This document shows, piece after piece, positions 8,097-14,895 of a stretch of DNA of 35,464 nucleotides (position 1 is its first letter; each line of letters opens with the position of its first letter). Source of the DNA: Omnitrophica bacterium RIFCSPLOWO2_01_FULL_45_10b (GTDB taxonomy: Bacteria > Omnitrophota > Omnitrophia > Omnitrophales > Danuiimicrobiaceae); the NCBI GenBank assembly GCA_001804205.1, contig MHFM01000009.1, forward strand, positions 21,730 to 57,193. Reading direction: 5' to 3'. The notes beneath the pieces were generated by a model, which worked only from the letters and a program-made list of their open reading frames with translations, had not been told where the DNA came from and searched no databases. A program made the translations under genes and the position numbers.

Positions 8097-8139
8097 CAAG
8101 AGCATTCCTATGACAATATGCTCCTAAGGAATGCTCTTG
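8097..8139 (+). promoter_or_regulatory. 12-bp perfect stem-loop in the nth 5' region
   Basis: CAAGAGCATTCC (8097..8108) pairs with GGAATGCTCTTG (8128..8139) across a 19-nt loop. The loop holds ATGCTC (8117..8122), which could pair alternatively with GAGCAT (8101..8106). The SD AAGGAGGTGGTGGG follows immediately. Confidence 0.4.
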
Positions 8140-8155
8140 CCAAGGAGGTGGTGGG

Positions 8156-8839
8156 ATGATTACCGAAAGTCTCGAATCTAAAAAAAAGCGCTCTTTGGAA
8201 ATTATCAAGCGCCTTAAAAAAACGTTTCCGGATGCCGCTATCGAACTAAATTTTAAAACTCCCATCGAACTTGTTGTCGCCACCATTCTTTCCGCCCAGT
8301 GTACGGATAAAAGAGTCAACATGGTAACGCCCGCTCTTTTTAAGAAATATAAATCGGCAAAAGATTACGCGAAAGCGAATGTTAAAACATTCGAAAAGGA
8401 AATCCGCTCTACGGGTTTTTATCGGGCCAAGACAAAAAATATCACCGGGTGCATGAAAGAAATTGTAAAGCGGTTTGGCGGGAAAGTGCCGAGTCGAATG
8501 GAAGATTTAGTAACGCTGCCAGGGGTTGGCAGAAAAACAGCAAATGTCATCTTGGGAAATATTTTTGGTACGCCCGGCCTTGTTGTTGATACCCATATGA
8601 GGCGGTTAGCCAATCGCCTTGGACTTACACGGCAACAAGACCCCGTAAAAATCGAAATGGAATTAAATGGAATGATTCCCCAAAAAGAATGGACCTTATT
8701 TTCCCATCTTATTATTTGGCACGGGCGCAGAACGTGTTTTGCCCGCAAGCCAAAATGCGCCGAATGTTCCATTAATACATTGTGTCCATCACGCGAAGAT
8801 GTGAAGCATGTTTCGGTTGGATTGATAAAAGCTCGATGA
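8156..8839 (+). CDS. nth: endonuclease III (DNA-(apurinic or apyrimidinic site) lyase)
   Basis: 227 aa. HhH-GPD motif LPGVGRKTANVILG, catalytic VDTH, 4Fe-4S loop CFARKPKCAECSINTLC. Confidence 0.93.
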   Translation: MITESLESKKKRSLEIIKRLKKTFPDAAIELNFKTPIELVVATILSAQCTDKRVNMVTPALFKKYKSAKDYAKANVKTFEKEIRSTGFYRAKTKNITGCMKEIVKRFGGKVPSRMEDLVTLPGVGRKTANVILGNIFGTPGLVVDTHMRRLANRLGLTRQQDPVKIEMELNGMIPQKEWTLFSHLIIWHGRRTCFARKPKCAECSINTLCPSREDVKHVSVGLIKAR

Positions 8840-8840
8840 T

Positions 8841-8927
8841 CCCCCACCAACTTTTTAAAAAAGAATATACCGGTTTCAAGAAATATTTGATTCGTTTAAT
8901 TGAACTGCTAACGAAAGTTGGTGGGGG
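8841..8927 (+). repeat. 87-nt intercistronic element, copy B (perfect 14-bp terminal inverted arms)
   Basis: TGAT-CCCCCACCAACTTT...AAAGTTGGTGGGGG-ATG. It starts 1 nt after the nth stop codon and ends at the base before the queG ATG. The 3' arm contains the only SD-like sequence for queG. Confidence 0.8.
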
Positions 8928-9983
8928 ATGACGATAAAAGAACGCATTAAAGCGCTGGCCCACGAAACTGGCTTTCATGCCTGCGGCATGACGCTTCCTC
9001 AACCGGTTCAGGAAGCGGAGGATATTTTTCGCCAGTGGCAAGAGCAAGGCAAGCACGGTGAGATGGCCTATCTTGAGCAATATGAAGAACGCCGGCAAAG
9101 TTTTTGGAAGCGTTTTAGCGATGCGAAAAGCATCATCGTCCTTGGCATTAATTATTTTTCAAAGTCAGAGACAAAATCCAATGGATATTTAACGGGCCGT
9201 GTGGCGCGTTATGCTTGGGGCCGAGATTATCACAAGGTGATTTCAGAAAAATTGGAGCTATTAAAAGAGAAAATAAAGCGAGAAGTGAACGATGAAGTTT
9301 ATTTTGAGCCGGCCACGGATACAAAACCATTGTTTGAGCGCACTCTTGCGCAACAGGCCGGACTTGGATTTATCGGAAAACAAACTCAGCTTTTATCGCT
9401 TCAATTCGGCCCGTGGCTTTTTCTCTCCGAGCTTATCACCAACTTAAAGCTTGAGCCGGATCAACCTTTTCAGGGAAGCTGTGGAACTTGCCGGTTGTGC
9501 ATTGATGAATGCCCGACCCATGCCATTGAAGAGACAGGGCACGTTGATGCCCGAAAATGCATTGCTTATCTTACGATTGAACACAAAACGGAAATTCCAA
9601 TGGAGCTTCGCGAGAAAATCGGAAATTGGGTATTTGGTTGCGACGAATGTTTAACCGTTTGCCCTTATACGGCAAAACAGAAGGAAACTGATTGGAAGGA
9701 ATTAACATCTGAAGCGGGTTTTGGCACTGAGCTTGATTTATTGCAGTTGTTTGAGACAAAAAGCAATCGCGATCATAAAAAGAAATTCGCTCATAGTCCG
9801 ATTTCACGGGCGAGCCGCAAGCAGCTGCTACGAAATGCCTGCGTCGTGCTTGGGAATTTAGGTTCTGACGCTGCTTTGCCGATTCTTGAGAAAGCGTTGG
9901 ATGACCCTTCGCCTTTGGTTCAAGATCATGCCCGATGGGCCATTAGCCAAATTAAGAAAGTAGCTAAAAATGTATTATTGTAA
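8928..9983 (+). CDS. queG: tRNA epoxyqueuosine(34) reductase QueG
   Basis: 351 aa. Ferredoxin-type clusters CGTCRLCIDECPTHAI and GCDECLTVCPY, CIAYLTIEHK, C-terminal HEAT-like LGNLG...ALPILEKALDDPSPLVQDHARWAI. Confidence 0.92.
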   Translation: MTIKERIKALAHETGFHACGMTLPQPVQEAEDIFRQWQEQGKHGEMAYLEQYEERRQSFWKRFSDAKSIIVLGINYFSKSETKSNGYLTGRVARYAWGRDYHKVISEKLELLKEKIKREVNDEVYFEPATDTKPLFERTLAQQAGLGFIGKQTQLLSLQFGPWLFLSELITNLKLEPDQPFQGSCGTCRLCIDECPTHAIEETGHVDARKCIAYLTIEHKTEIPMELREKIGNWVFGCDECLTVCPYTAKQKETDWKELTSEAGFGTELDLLQLFETKSNRDHKKKFAHSPISRASRKQLLRNACVVLGNLGSDAALPILEKALDDPSPLVQDHARWAISQIKKVAKNVLL

Positions 9984-10016
9984 GTTATTTGTATAAAAAG
10001 AGTTACGACTTAAACT

Positions 10017-10043
10017 AAACCTTTTTACCTCCCATGCGTCTAA
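10017..10043 (+). promoter_or_regulatory. ECF-sigma-type promoter candidate (AAC-N16-CGTCTAA)
   Basis: AAACC at 10017..10021 and CGTCTAA at 10037..10043, with 16 nt between AAC and CGTC. It lies about 45 nt upstream of the first gene of the ECF sigma cluster. It overlaps the palindrome AATAGGGT (10042..10049) / ACCCTATT (10058..10065). Confidence 0.4.
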
Positions 10044-10085
10044 TAGGGTGACACATTACCCTATTGGGAAAAGGAGGATACGAAA

Positions 10086-11144
10086 ATGAAGGTAAAAATG
10101 ACGGTAAACTGGAAGGTTTTAGCAATCGTAATTTGTTCTGTTCTTGGTTTCGCTTCTTATGGATGGGCGGAGGATACAGCTGGTGCAGGGCAAACGGCTC
10201 AAGAGAAGATTGTCCATCTTAAGGAACTTCGAAGCCAGAATCCTGAGGCATTCCGCGAAGAGCTGAAGAAGCATCGGGAGCAGGTTCAGGAAAGGCTTAC
10301 CAAGCTTCGGGAAGAAAATCCGGAAAAGTTTAAGGAAATCGCCGAAAAAAGACGCGGGCAATTTCGCGAAAAGCTTGAAAAACTCCGCACAGAAAATCCG
10401 GAAAAGTTTAATGAGCTTACCGAGAAGCGTCGCGAACGGCTTGAGGAACGAGCCGAGCGTATCAAAACCAATCATCCGGAAAAGTACGATCAATTTCTGA
10501 AAAACCGTGAAAATCGATTTTCAGAATTTCGTGAAAATAATCCGGAGCGCTTTGAGCAATTTATGAAAAATCATCCGCATATGCGCGAGCGTTGGCAAAA
10601 TGCGCATCAGGATAGGAGAGAAGATATTCGCGACCGGCGCGAGGATTATCGCGATCGGCAGGAAAATATCCAAGATCGGCGTGAAGACGTTCAAGATAAA
10701 CGAGAAGATTACCGCGACCGAGCTGAAGATGTTCGCGATCGCCGCGAAGACCGAGCGGATCGCTTAGAGGATATTCGAGATGCTCAGCATGACGGTGGAC
10801 GGCGTGACCGGATGGAAGATGTTTGGGATAAGAAAGAAGACCGTTTGGACCAAAGGGAAGATATCAAAGACCGAAAAGAAGATGTGCGCGACCGAAGGGA
10901 AGATGTTCGGGATCATCGAGAAGATATCCGCGACCGGAGAGAGAATGTTAGGGATCGGCGCGAAAATGTTTTTGATAGAAAAAATGGACAGAAGCAGTTT
11001 AATCCCGGTAACGGGCCCCGGCCAGGGTTGGGTTCTGCGCAAGGCCATCCTGGCGGAAAGCCTGGTTTTGGTACGGGAGGAGCTGCTCAGAGAGTTGCAA
11101 AGAGAACAGGGCAAAGCGGTGGCGCTCGTCGCGGAAGAGGATAA
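10086..11144 (+). CDS. secreted, highly charged repeat protein (NPEKF helical repeats + about 20 RED(V/I)RDR heptads + Gly/Arg tail)
   Basis: GGAGG lies 8 nt upstream. Signal peptide MKVKMTVNWKVLAIVICSVLGFASYGWA. Residues from about 175 to 300 are tandem 7-aa units RRED(I/V)RD. Stop TAA at 11142..11144, followed directly by TTG (11145) and the sigma ATG (11148). No family recognised. Confidence 0.75.
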   Translation: MKVKMTVNWKVLAIVICSVLGFASYGWAEDTAGAGQTAQEKIVHLKELRSQNPEAFREELKKHREQVQERLTKLREENPEKFKEIAEKRRGQFREKLEKLRTENPEKFNELTEKRRERLEERAERIKTNHPEKYDQFLKNRENRFSEFRENNPERFEQFMKNHPHMRERWQNAHQDRREDIRDRREDYRDRQENIQDRREDVQDKREDYRDRAEDVRDRREDRADRLEDIRDAQHDGGRRDRMEDVWDKKEDRLDQREDIKDRKEDVRDRREDVRDHREDIRDRRENVRDRRENVFDRKNGQKQFNPGNGPRPGLGSAQGHPGGKPGFGTGGAAQRVAKRTGQSGGARRGRG

Positions 11145-11147
11145 TTG

Positions 11148-11783
11148 ATGGAACCATCCGCTCTTTCTGATGAAACACTGGTGACGCAAGCACGCGAAGG
11201 CAGCCGAGACGCCTTCGGCGTGCTCGTTTCCCGATATCAGCTTCAAGCGATTATGATGGCCCAAGGCGTTCTTAGAAATTCAGAGTCAGCGAAAGATGCT
11301 TCGCAAAATGCGTTTGCGAAGGCTTATTTTGGTTTGGCTCGTTTTCGAGGAGACGCTAAATTTAAAACATGGCTTTTTAGGATTGTTTTAAATGAAGCTA
11401 AAGATGTTTATCGAAAGGAAATAACCCGCGGTTTGTTTCAATTTTGGTCTGGACGAGAAGGAAGCGAAGGTGAAGAAGAATCCATTTTGGAAATTATACC
11501 TTCAAGCGGCCAATCTCCGCGGGAGGCTTTTGAAGCGCAGGAAACGAAGGCGCAGCTTGAGCGGGCAATTTATGAACTGCCAGAGCGCGAGCGTGAAGTA
11601 TTTGTTTTGCGGTACTTAAACGGCCTGGCGCTTTCTGAAGTGGCGGAAACACTTGGTATGGCACTCGGAACAGTGAAAGCGCATTTGGCGCATGGTACCG
11701 TAAAGTTAAAATCTATTTTATCGGCTTCTGCAAAAACCGGTCTTGCCGGCAGGCAGGTAGGAAGCCAAATGAAAAGTATTTAG
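11148..11783 (+). CDS. RNA polymerase ECF-type sigma-70 factor
   Basis: Region 2: FGVLVSRYQ...AKDASQNAFAKAY..L..F.G...FKTWLFRIVLNEAKD. Region 4: LPEREREVFVLRYLNGLALSEVAETLGMALGTVKAHLAHG. Confidence 0.9.
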   Translation: MEPSALSDETLVTQAREGSRDAFGVLVSRYQLQAIMMAQGVLRNSESAKDASQNAFAKAYFGLARFRGDAKFKTWLFRIVLNEAKDVYRKEITRGLFQFWSGREGSEGEEESILEIIPSSGQSPREAFEAQETKAQLERAIYELPEREREVFVLRYLNGLALSEVAETLGMALGTVKAHLAHGTVKLKSILSASAKTGLAGRQVGSQMKSI

Positions 11784-11795
11784 GAGGTGAGCGAT

Positions 11796-12347
11796 ATGGA
11801 AAATGAGCAATTAACACCGGAACTTGAACGGTTGGTCAACAAGGTAAAGATCAAGGAACCTCCGCGCAATCTTTTGGATGGTTATCTAGCGGGTGTTAAC
11901 GCCAAAATTGATCAGCGGATGAAAGGGCCGCATTTCGGCTTTCCTCAGGCGGTCATTGTTTTGGTAGCCGGTGCCGCTTTGGCGGGAGCGCTTTATTTTG
12001 TTTGGAGGCCTATGCACTCTAAACCGCAAATTCTTCCCGTCATTGCGAGCGAAACGTCCGCCCAGCAGAACGGCGGATCCGCCGTCTGGAGTGGCGGAAA
12101 GCAATCCCAGAATTCAGAGATTGCTTCGGCTTCACTGAAAACTACGCCTCGCAATGACGAACCGAAGCCATTACCTTCAAAAACTCTTTCAATTGAGGAA
12201 GAGATGGCCGTTCTTGAAGCCTTTAGCGAGGAAGTGACGGATGCGGGAGTAGACTTATTAGGAGATGATGAACTCCTTGACGAGCTTTCTACGCTTGATG
12301 AGCTTGAGCTTTCTGCTCCAAGGTCTGCGCAACCGGTTGGTATCTGA
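11796..12347 (+). CDS. putative anti-sigma factor (single-pass membrane protein) carrying an in-frame repeat insertion
   Basis: AGGAGG lies 8 nt upstream of ATG 11796, and the gene starts 13 nt after the sigma stop. One TM segment AVIVLVAGAALAGALYFVW, acidic C-terminus. No zf-HC2 motif, so the role is inferred from position only. Confidence 0.5.
   Translation: MENEQLTPELERLVNKVKIKEPPRNLLDGYLAGVNAKIDQRMKGPHFGFPQAVIVLVAGAALAGALYFVWRPMHSKPQILPVIASETSAQQNGGSAVWSGGKQSQNSEIASASLKTTPRNDEPKPLPSKTLSIEEEMAVLEAFSEEVTDAGVDLLGDDELLDELSTLDELELSAPRSAQPVGI
12039..12158. repeat. palindromic repeat (GTCATTGCGAGC family), 120 nt, in frame inside the CDS
   Basis: GTCATTGCGAGC...GGAAAGCAATC followed by GATTGCTTCGGC...CCTCGCAATGAC. 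It is exactly 40 codons and encodes VIASETSAQQNGGSAVWSGGKQSQNSEIASASLKTTPRND. Confidence 0.8.
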
Positions 12348-12427
12348 ACAAGACAGCCACCTAAAGCTTTTTCAGCCTTTTCCGATATAATAGGGAGAGA
12401 ACTTACACCTTAAAAGGGAGGAAACTA

Positions 12428-12796
12428 ATGAAACGAGTACTAGCGTTAATGATGGTGATGTTAATAGCTTTTGCTCCAATGAGTTTTGCTGCCTGCAAAT
12501 TCTGCGAATTAGCAGATTCAGACAGCTATTTTAAAGCCTTTGGCGGAAAACTTGGCCGCGGCATTGCCAATGCCGCTTTTGGTTGGGTTGAGCTGTTCAG
12601 ACAGCCGGCAATCAATGAGAATCCTTGGGAAGGGGTTGGAAGAGGTTTTGTTCACACCATTACGAGAACAGGCACCGGCGTTCTCGAAGTGGCAACCTCC
12701 CCTATTCCTCAAGTTAAGATTCCCGTTCCTGACCCAAGCTGTCCGCTTGAGTTACTGGGTTCGGAAAGCGATTCAAGCAGCAAAGCAAGTAAGTAA
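12428..12796 (+). CDS. small secreted protein, TIGR04073-like, paralog 3
   Basis: GGGAGG SD, signal peptide MKRVLALMMVMLIAFAPMSFA, KLGRGIANAAFGWVELFRQP, GTGVLEVATSPIP. Confidence 0.72.
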   Translation: MKRVLALMMVMLIAFAPMSFAACKFCELADSDSYFKAFGGKLGRGIANAAFGWVELFRQPAINENPWEGVGRGFVHTITRTGTGVLEVATSPIPQVKIPVPDPSCPLELLGSESDSSSKASK

Positions 12797-12830
12797 TAAG
12801 CTTGAAATAAGTTACGATCGTTATATAAAA

Positions 12831-12863
12831 AGGCGCTATCAGATGATGATAGCGCCTTTATTA
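12831..12863 (+). terminator. rho-independent terminator
   Basis: Perfect 10-bp stem AGGCGCTATC (12831..12840) / GATAGCGCCT (12848..12857) with a 7-nt loop and a T-rich tail. Confidence 0.75.
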
Positions 12864-12921
12864 ATTGCTTGAATATTTTAGAACCCGATATTATCCTAAT
12901 ACTAGATTACACCTTACCCAT

Positions 12922-13860
12922 ATGATCAAAAAGATTACCGCTGTATTAGGTTTTTTCTTCCTCGTTATTCTATTAATCATTCTGACCAGCGGTTTTTGGC
13001 TGCGGCCGGTTCTTGCCGCAGCGCTTTCCAAGGTCACAGGTTTTCCAGCAACCATTCAAAAGATCCATTTCGATTTACCAAGTTCACAGTTCGGAATTTA
13101 CGGGATCGAGTTAAAAAATCCAGCCGGTTTTGGAAAAGAAAGGTTTGCATTTATTCCCGAAGCGTACGTCGATTTTAGTTTGCGAGAGTTTCTCTCTAGC
13201 CGCAAGTTTCATTTTCAGGAAATTCGATTTAATATTGATGAAGTCACCATTGTTAAAAATGCTTCGGGGCAAACCAATATTTCTCAATTGACCGCGCTTA
13301 AAAAACAAAAGAGTGAACTGAAGCAAGAAACGGAAGCCGTCAAACAAGCCCCTTCGCCTCAGGCGCTTAATTTTTTTGTTGATCGCTTAGACCTTACCGT
13401 TCGGCGTGTTCGATACGTGGACTACACGATGCCGAAACCGCTTGAAAAAGAAATCGACATCCATATGGATCATGAAATATTTCTTGGAATTTCGAATCCT
13501 TTAGATATCGTTCGGATTATTGTCTTGAAGGTTATTTACAAAGCCGCCCTTGGAAATTTGAATGTTCCGGTGGCCCAGTTAAAAGAACATCTCGATGTTT
13601 CGCTGGCCTTAGGGCAGGATCTTGCGAAGCAAGGTACAGAAATCGCTCAGGCCATGGGGGCTGACGTATTCAGCGAAGGCACGAAAATGGTGGAGCAGGT
13701 TAGCGGAACCCTGCCGGTTTCTAATCCGATCGTAGACGAGACGGTTCAGAACGTTAAAAAGAAAACCGATGGTATTTTTCGGGGCGCAAGCCAGTTACTG
13801 AAGAGTACCGCCGAATCCATTGAAGAAAAGACAAAGCTCTCCTCTTCTTCCAATCGTTAG
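12922..13860 (+). CDS. hypothetical membrane-anchored protein (weak AsmA/DUF748-like feel, not assignable)
   Basis: Start at MIKKITAVLGFFFLVILLIILTSGFWL (N-terminal TM anchor). The track ORF begins at TTG 12865. The remainder is soluble with a Ser-rich C-terminus. Confidence 0.55.
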   Translation: MIKKITAVLGFFFLVILLIILTSGFWLRPVLAAALSKVTGFPATIQKIHFDLPSSQFGIYGIELKNPAGFGKERFAFIPEAYVDFSLREFLSSRKFHFQEIRFNIDEVTIVKNASGQTNISQLTALKKQKSELKQETEAVKQAPSPQALNFFVDRLDLTVRRVRYVDYTMPKPLEKEIDIHMDHEIFLGISNPLDIVRIIVLKVIYKAALGNLNVPVAQLKEHLDVSLALGQDLAKQGTEIAQAMGADVFSEGTKMVEQVSGTLPVSNPIVDETVQNVKKKTDGIFRGASQLLKSTAESIEEKTKLSSSSNR

Positions 13861-13913
13861 TTTTTCTCTCCAAATCCCCTCTTTTTTGTTATATTTAGAA
13901 GCATTCTTATTTT

Positions 13914-14894
13914 ATGAAGTGCAAACGCCGGGAAGCAAAGAAAAAGCAGGTAACAATTGGCCTGATTCAGATGAAGGCTAGCCCTGCGCCCGAGCCCAAT
14001 CTTACCAAAGCGGTCGAGATGGTTCGTAAAGCTGCTCGAAAGGGCGCTCAAATTATTTCACTTCAGGAACTTTTCAAAACACGTTATTTTCCTCAAACGC
14101 GAGGCTCTTCTTATTTCAAGCTTTCCGAAACGATCCCCAGTCCTACGAGCGAAGTATTCCGCCGATTGGCTTACGAATTGAAGGTGGTTATCATTGTTCC
14201 CATTTTTGAACGCCAAGGAAGGAAGTATTATAATGCAGCGATTATCATTGATGCGGATGGGAACATCGTTGGCAAATACCGAAAAATGCATTTGCCGAAT
14301 GATCCTTATTTTTATGAAAAACATTACTTTAGCCCCGGCGATTCCGCGTTTAATAGCTATGAAACGAAATACGGAAAAATCGGGGTTTTAATTTGCTGGG
14401 ATCAATGGTTTCCGGAAGCAGCGCGCGCCATTGCAATGTCCGGTGCACAAATTATATTTTACCCTACCGCCATCGGCTGGAATTCGAGCGATCCAAAGCG
14501 CATGCGTCAAAATGAATTAAACGCATGGCAAATCATTCAGCGTGCTCACGCCATTGCCAATGGAGTGTATGTGGCAGCGGTAAATCGCGTAGGGCGTGAA
14601 GAAGCGCTTACATTTTGGGGGCATTCGTTTGTGGCAGGCCCTTTTGGCGAGATGGTGGCTCAAGCGAGTGAAAATCAGGAGGAAATTTTGATTGCGGTTT
14701 GCGATTTGTCGAAAATCGAAAAAATTAGAAAAGTTTGGCCGTTTTTAAAATCCTTGAGGTCAGATGTTTATGGTGGGCTTGGACGTCATTGCCCCTACGA
14801 GGCCCCGTATTGGGGCGAGACAGCGTTCCAAAGGAGGTCGAAGCAATCTATGACCGGGATTGCTTCGTCGTCCCAGAGGGACTCCTCGCAATGA
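13914..14894 (+). CDS. aguB: N-carbamoylputrescine amidase (carbon-nitrogen hydrolase family) with repeat-derived C-terminal extension
   Basis: Nitrilase-superfamily triad contexts SLQELF, YRKMHLP and LICWDQWFPE. It is adjacent to aguA. The last ~37 codons read through a palindromic repeat. Confidence 0.85.
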   Translation: MKCKRREAKKKQVTIGLIQMKASPAPEPNLTKAVEMVRKAARKGAQIISLQELFKTRYFPQTRGSSYFKLSETIPSPTSEVFRRLAYELKVVIIVPIFERQGRKYYNAAIIIDADGNIVGKYRKMHLPNDPYFYEKHYFSPGDSAFNSYETKYGKIGVLICWDQWFPEAARAIAMSGAQIIFYPTAIGWNSSDPKRMRQNELNAWQIIQRAHAIANGVYVAAVNRVGREEALTFWGHSFVAGPFGEMVAQASENQEEILIAVCDLSKIEKIRKVWPFLKSLRSDVYGGLGRHCPYEAPYWGETAFQRRSKQSMTGIASSSQRDSSQ

Positions 14895-14895
14895 C
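14785..14895. repeat. palindromic repeat (GTCATTGC family), 111 nt, spanning the aguB-aguA junction
   Basis: GTCATTGCCCC...CGAAGCAATC followed by GATTGCTTCGTCG...CTCGCAATGAC. The terminal GCAATGAC contains the aguA ATG (14891) and the aguB TGA (14892..14894). Confidence 0.8.

Noticed and set aside
10764-11264. 166-aa minus-strand ORF and 122-aa alternative plus-frame ORF (10780..11148) overlapping the charged-repeat gene
   Set aside because: These are open frames caused by the 21-bp periodic, stop-poor repeat DNA. The frame encoding the signal peptide plus the RED heptads has the SD and is contiguous with the sigma operon.
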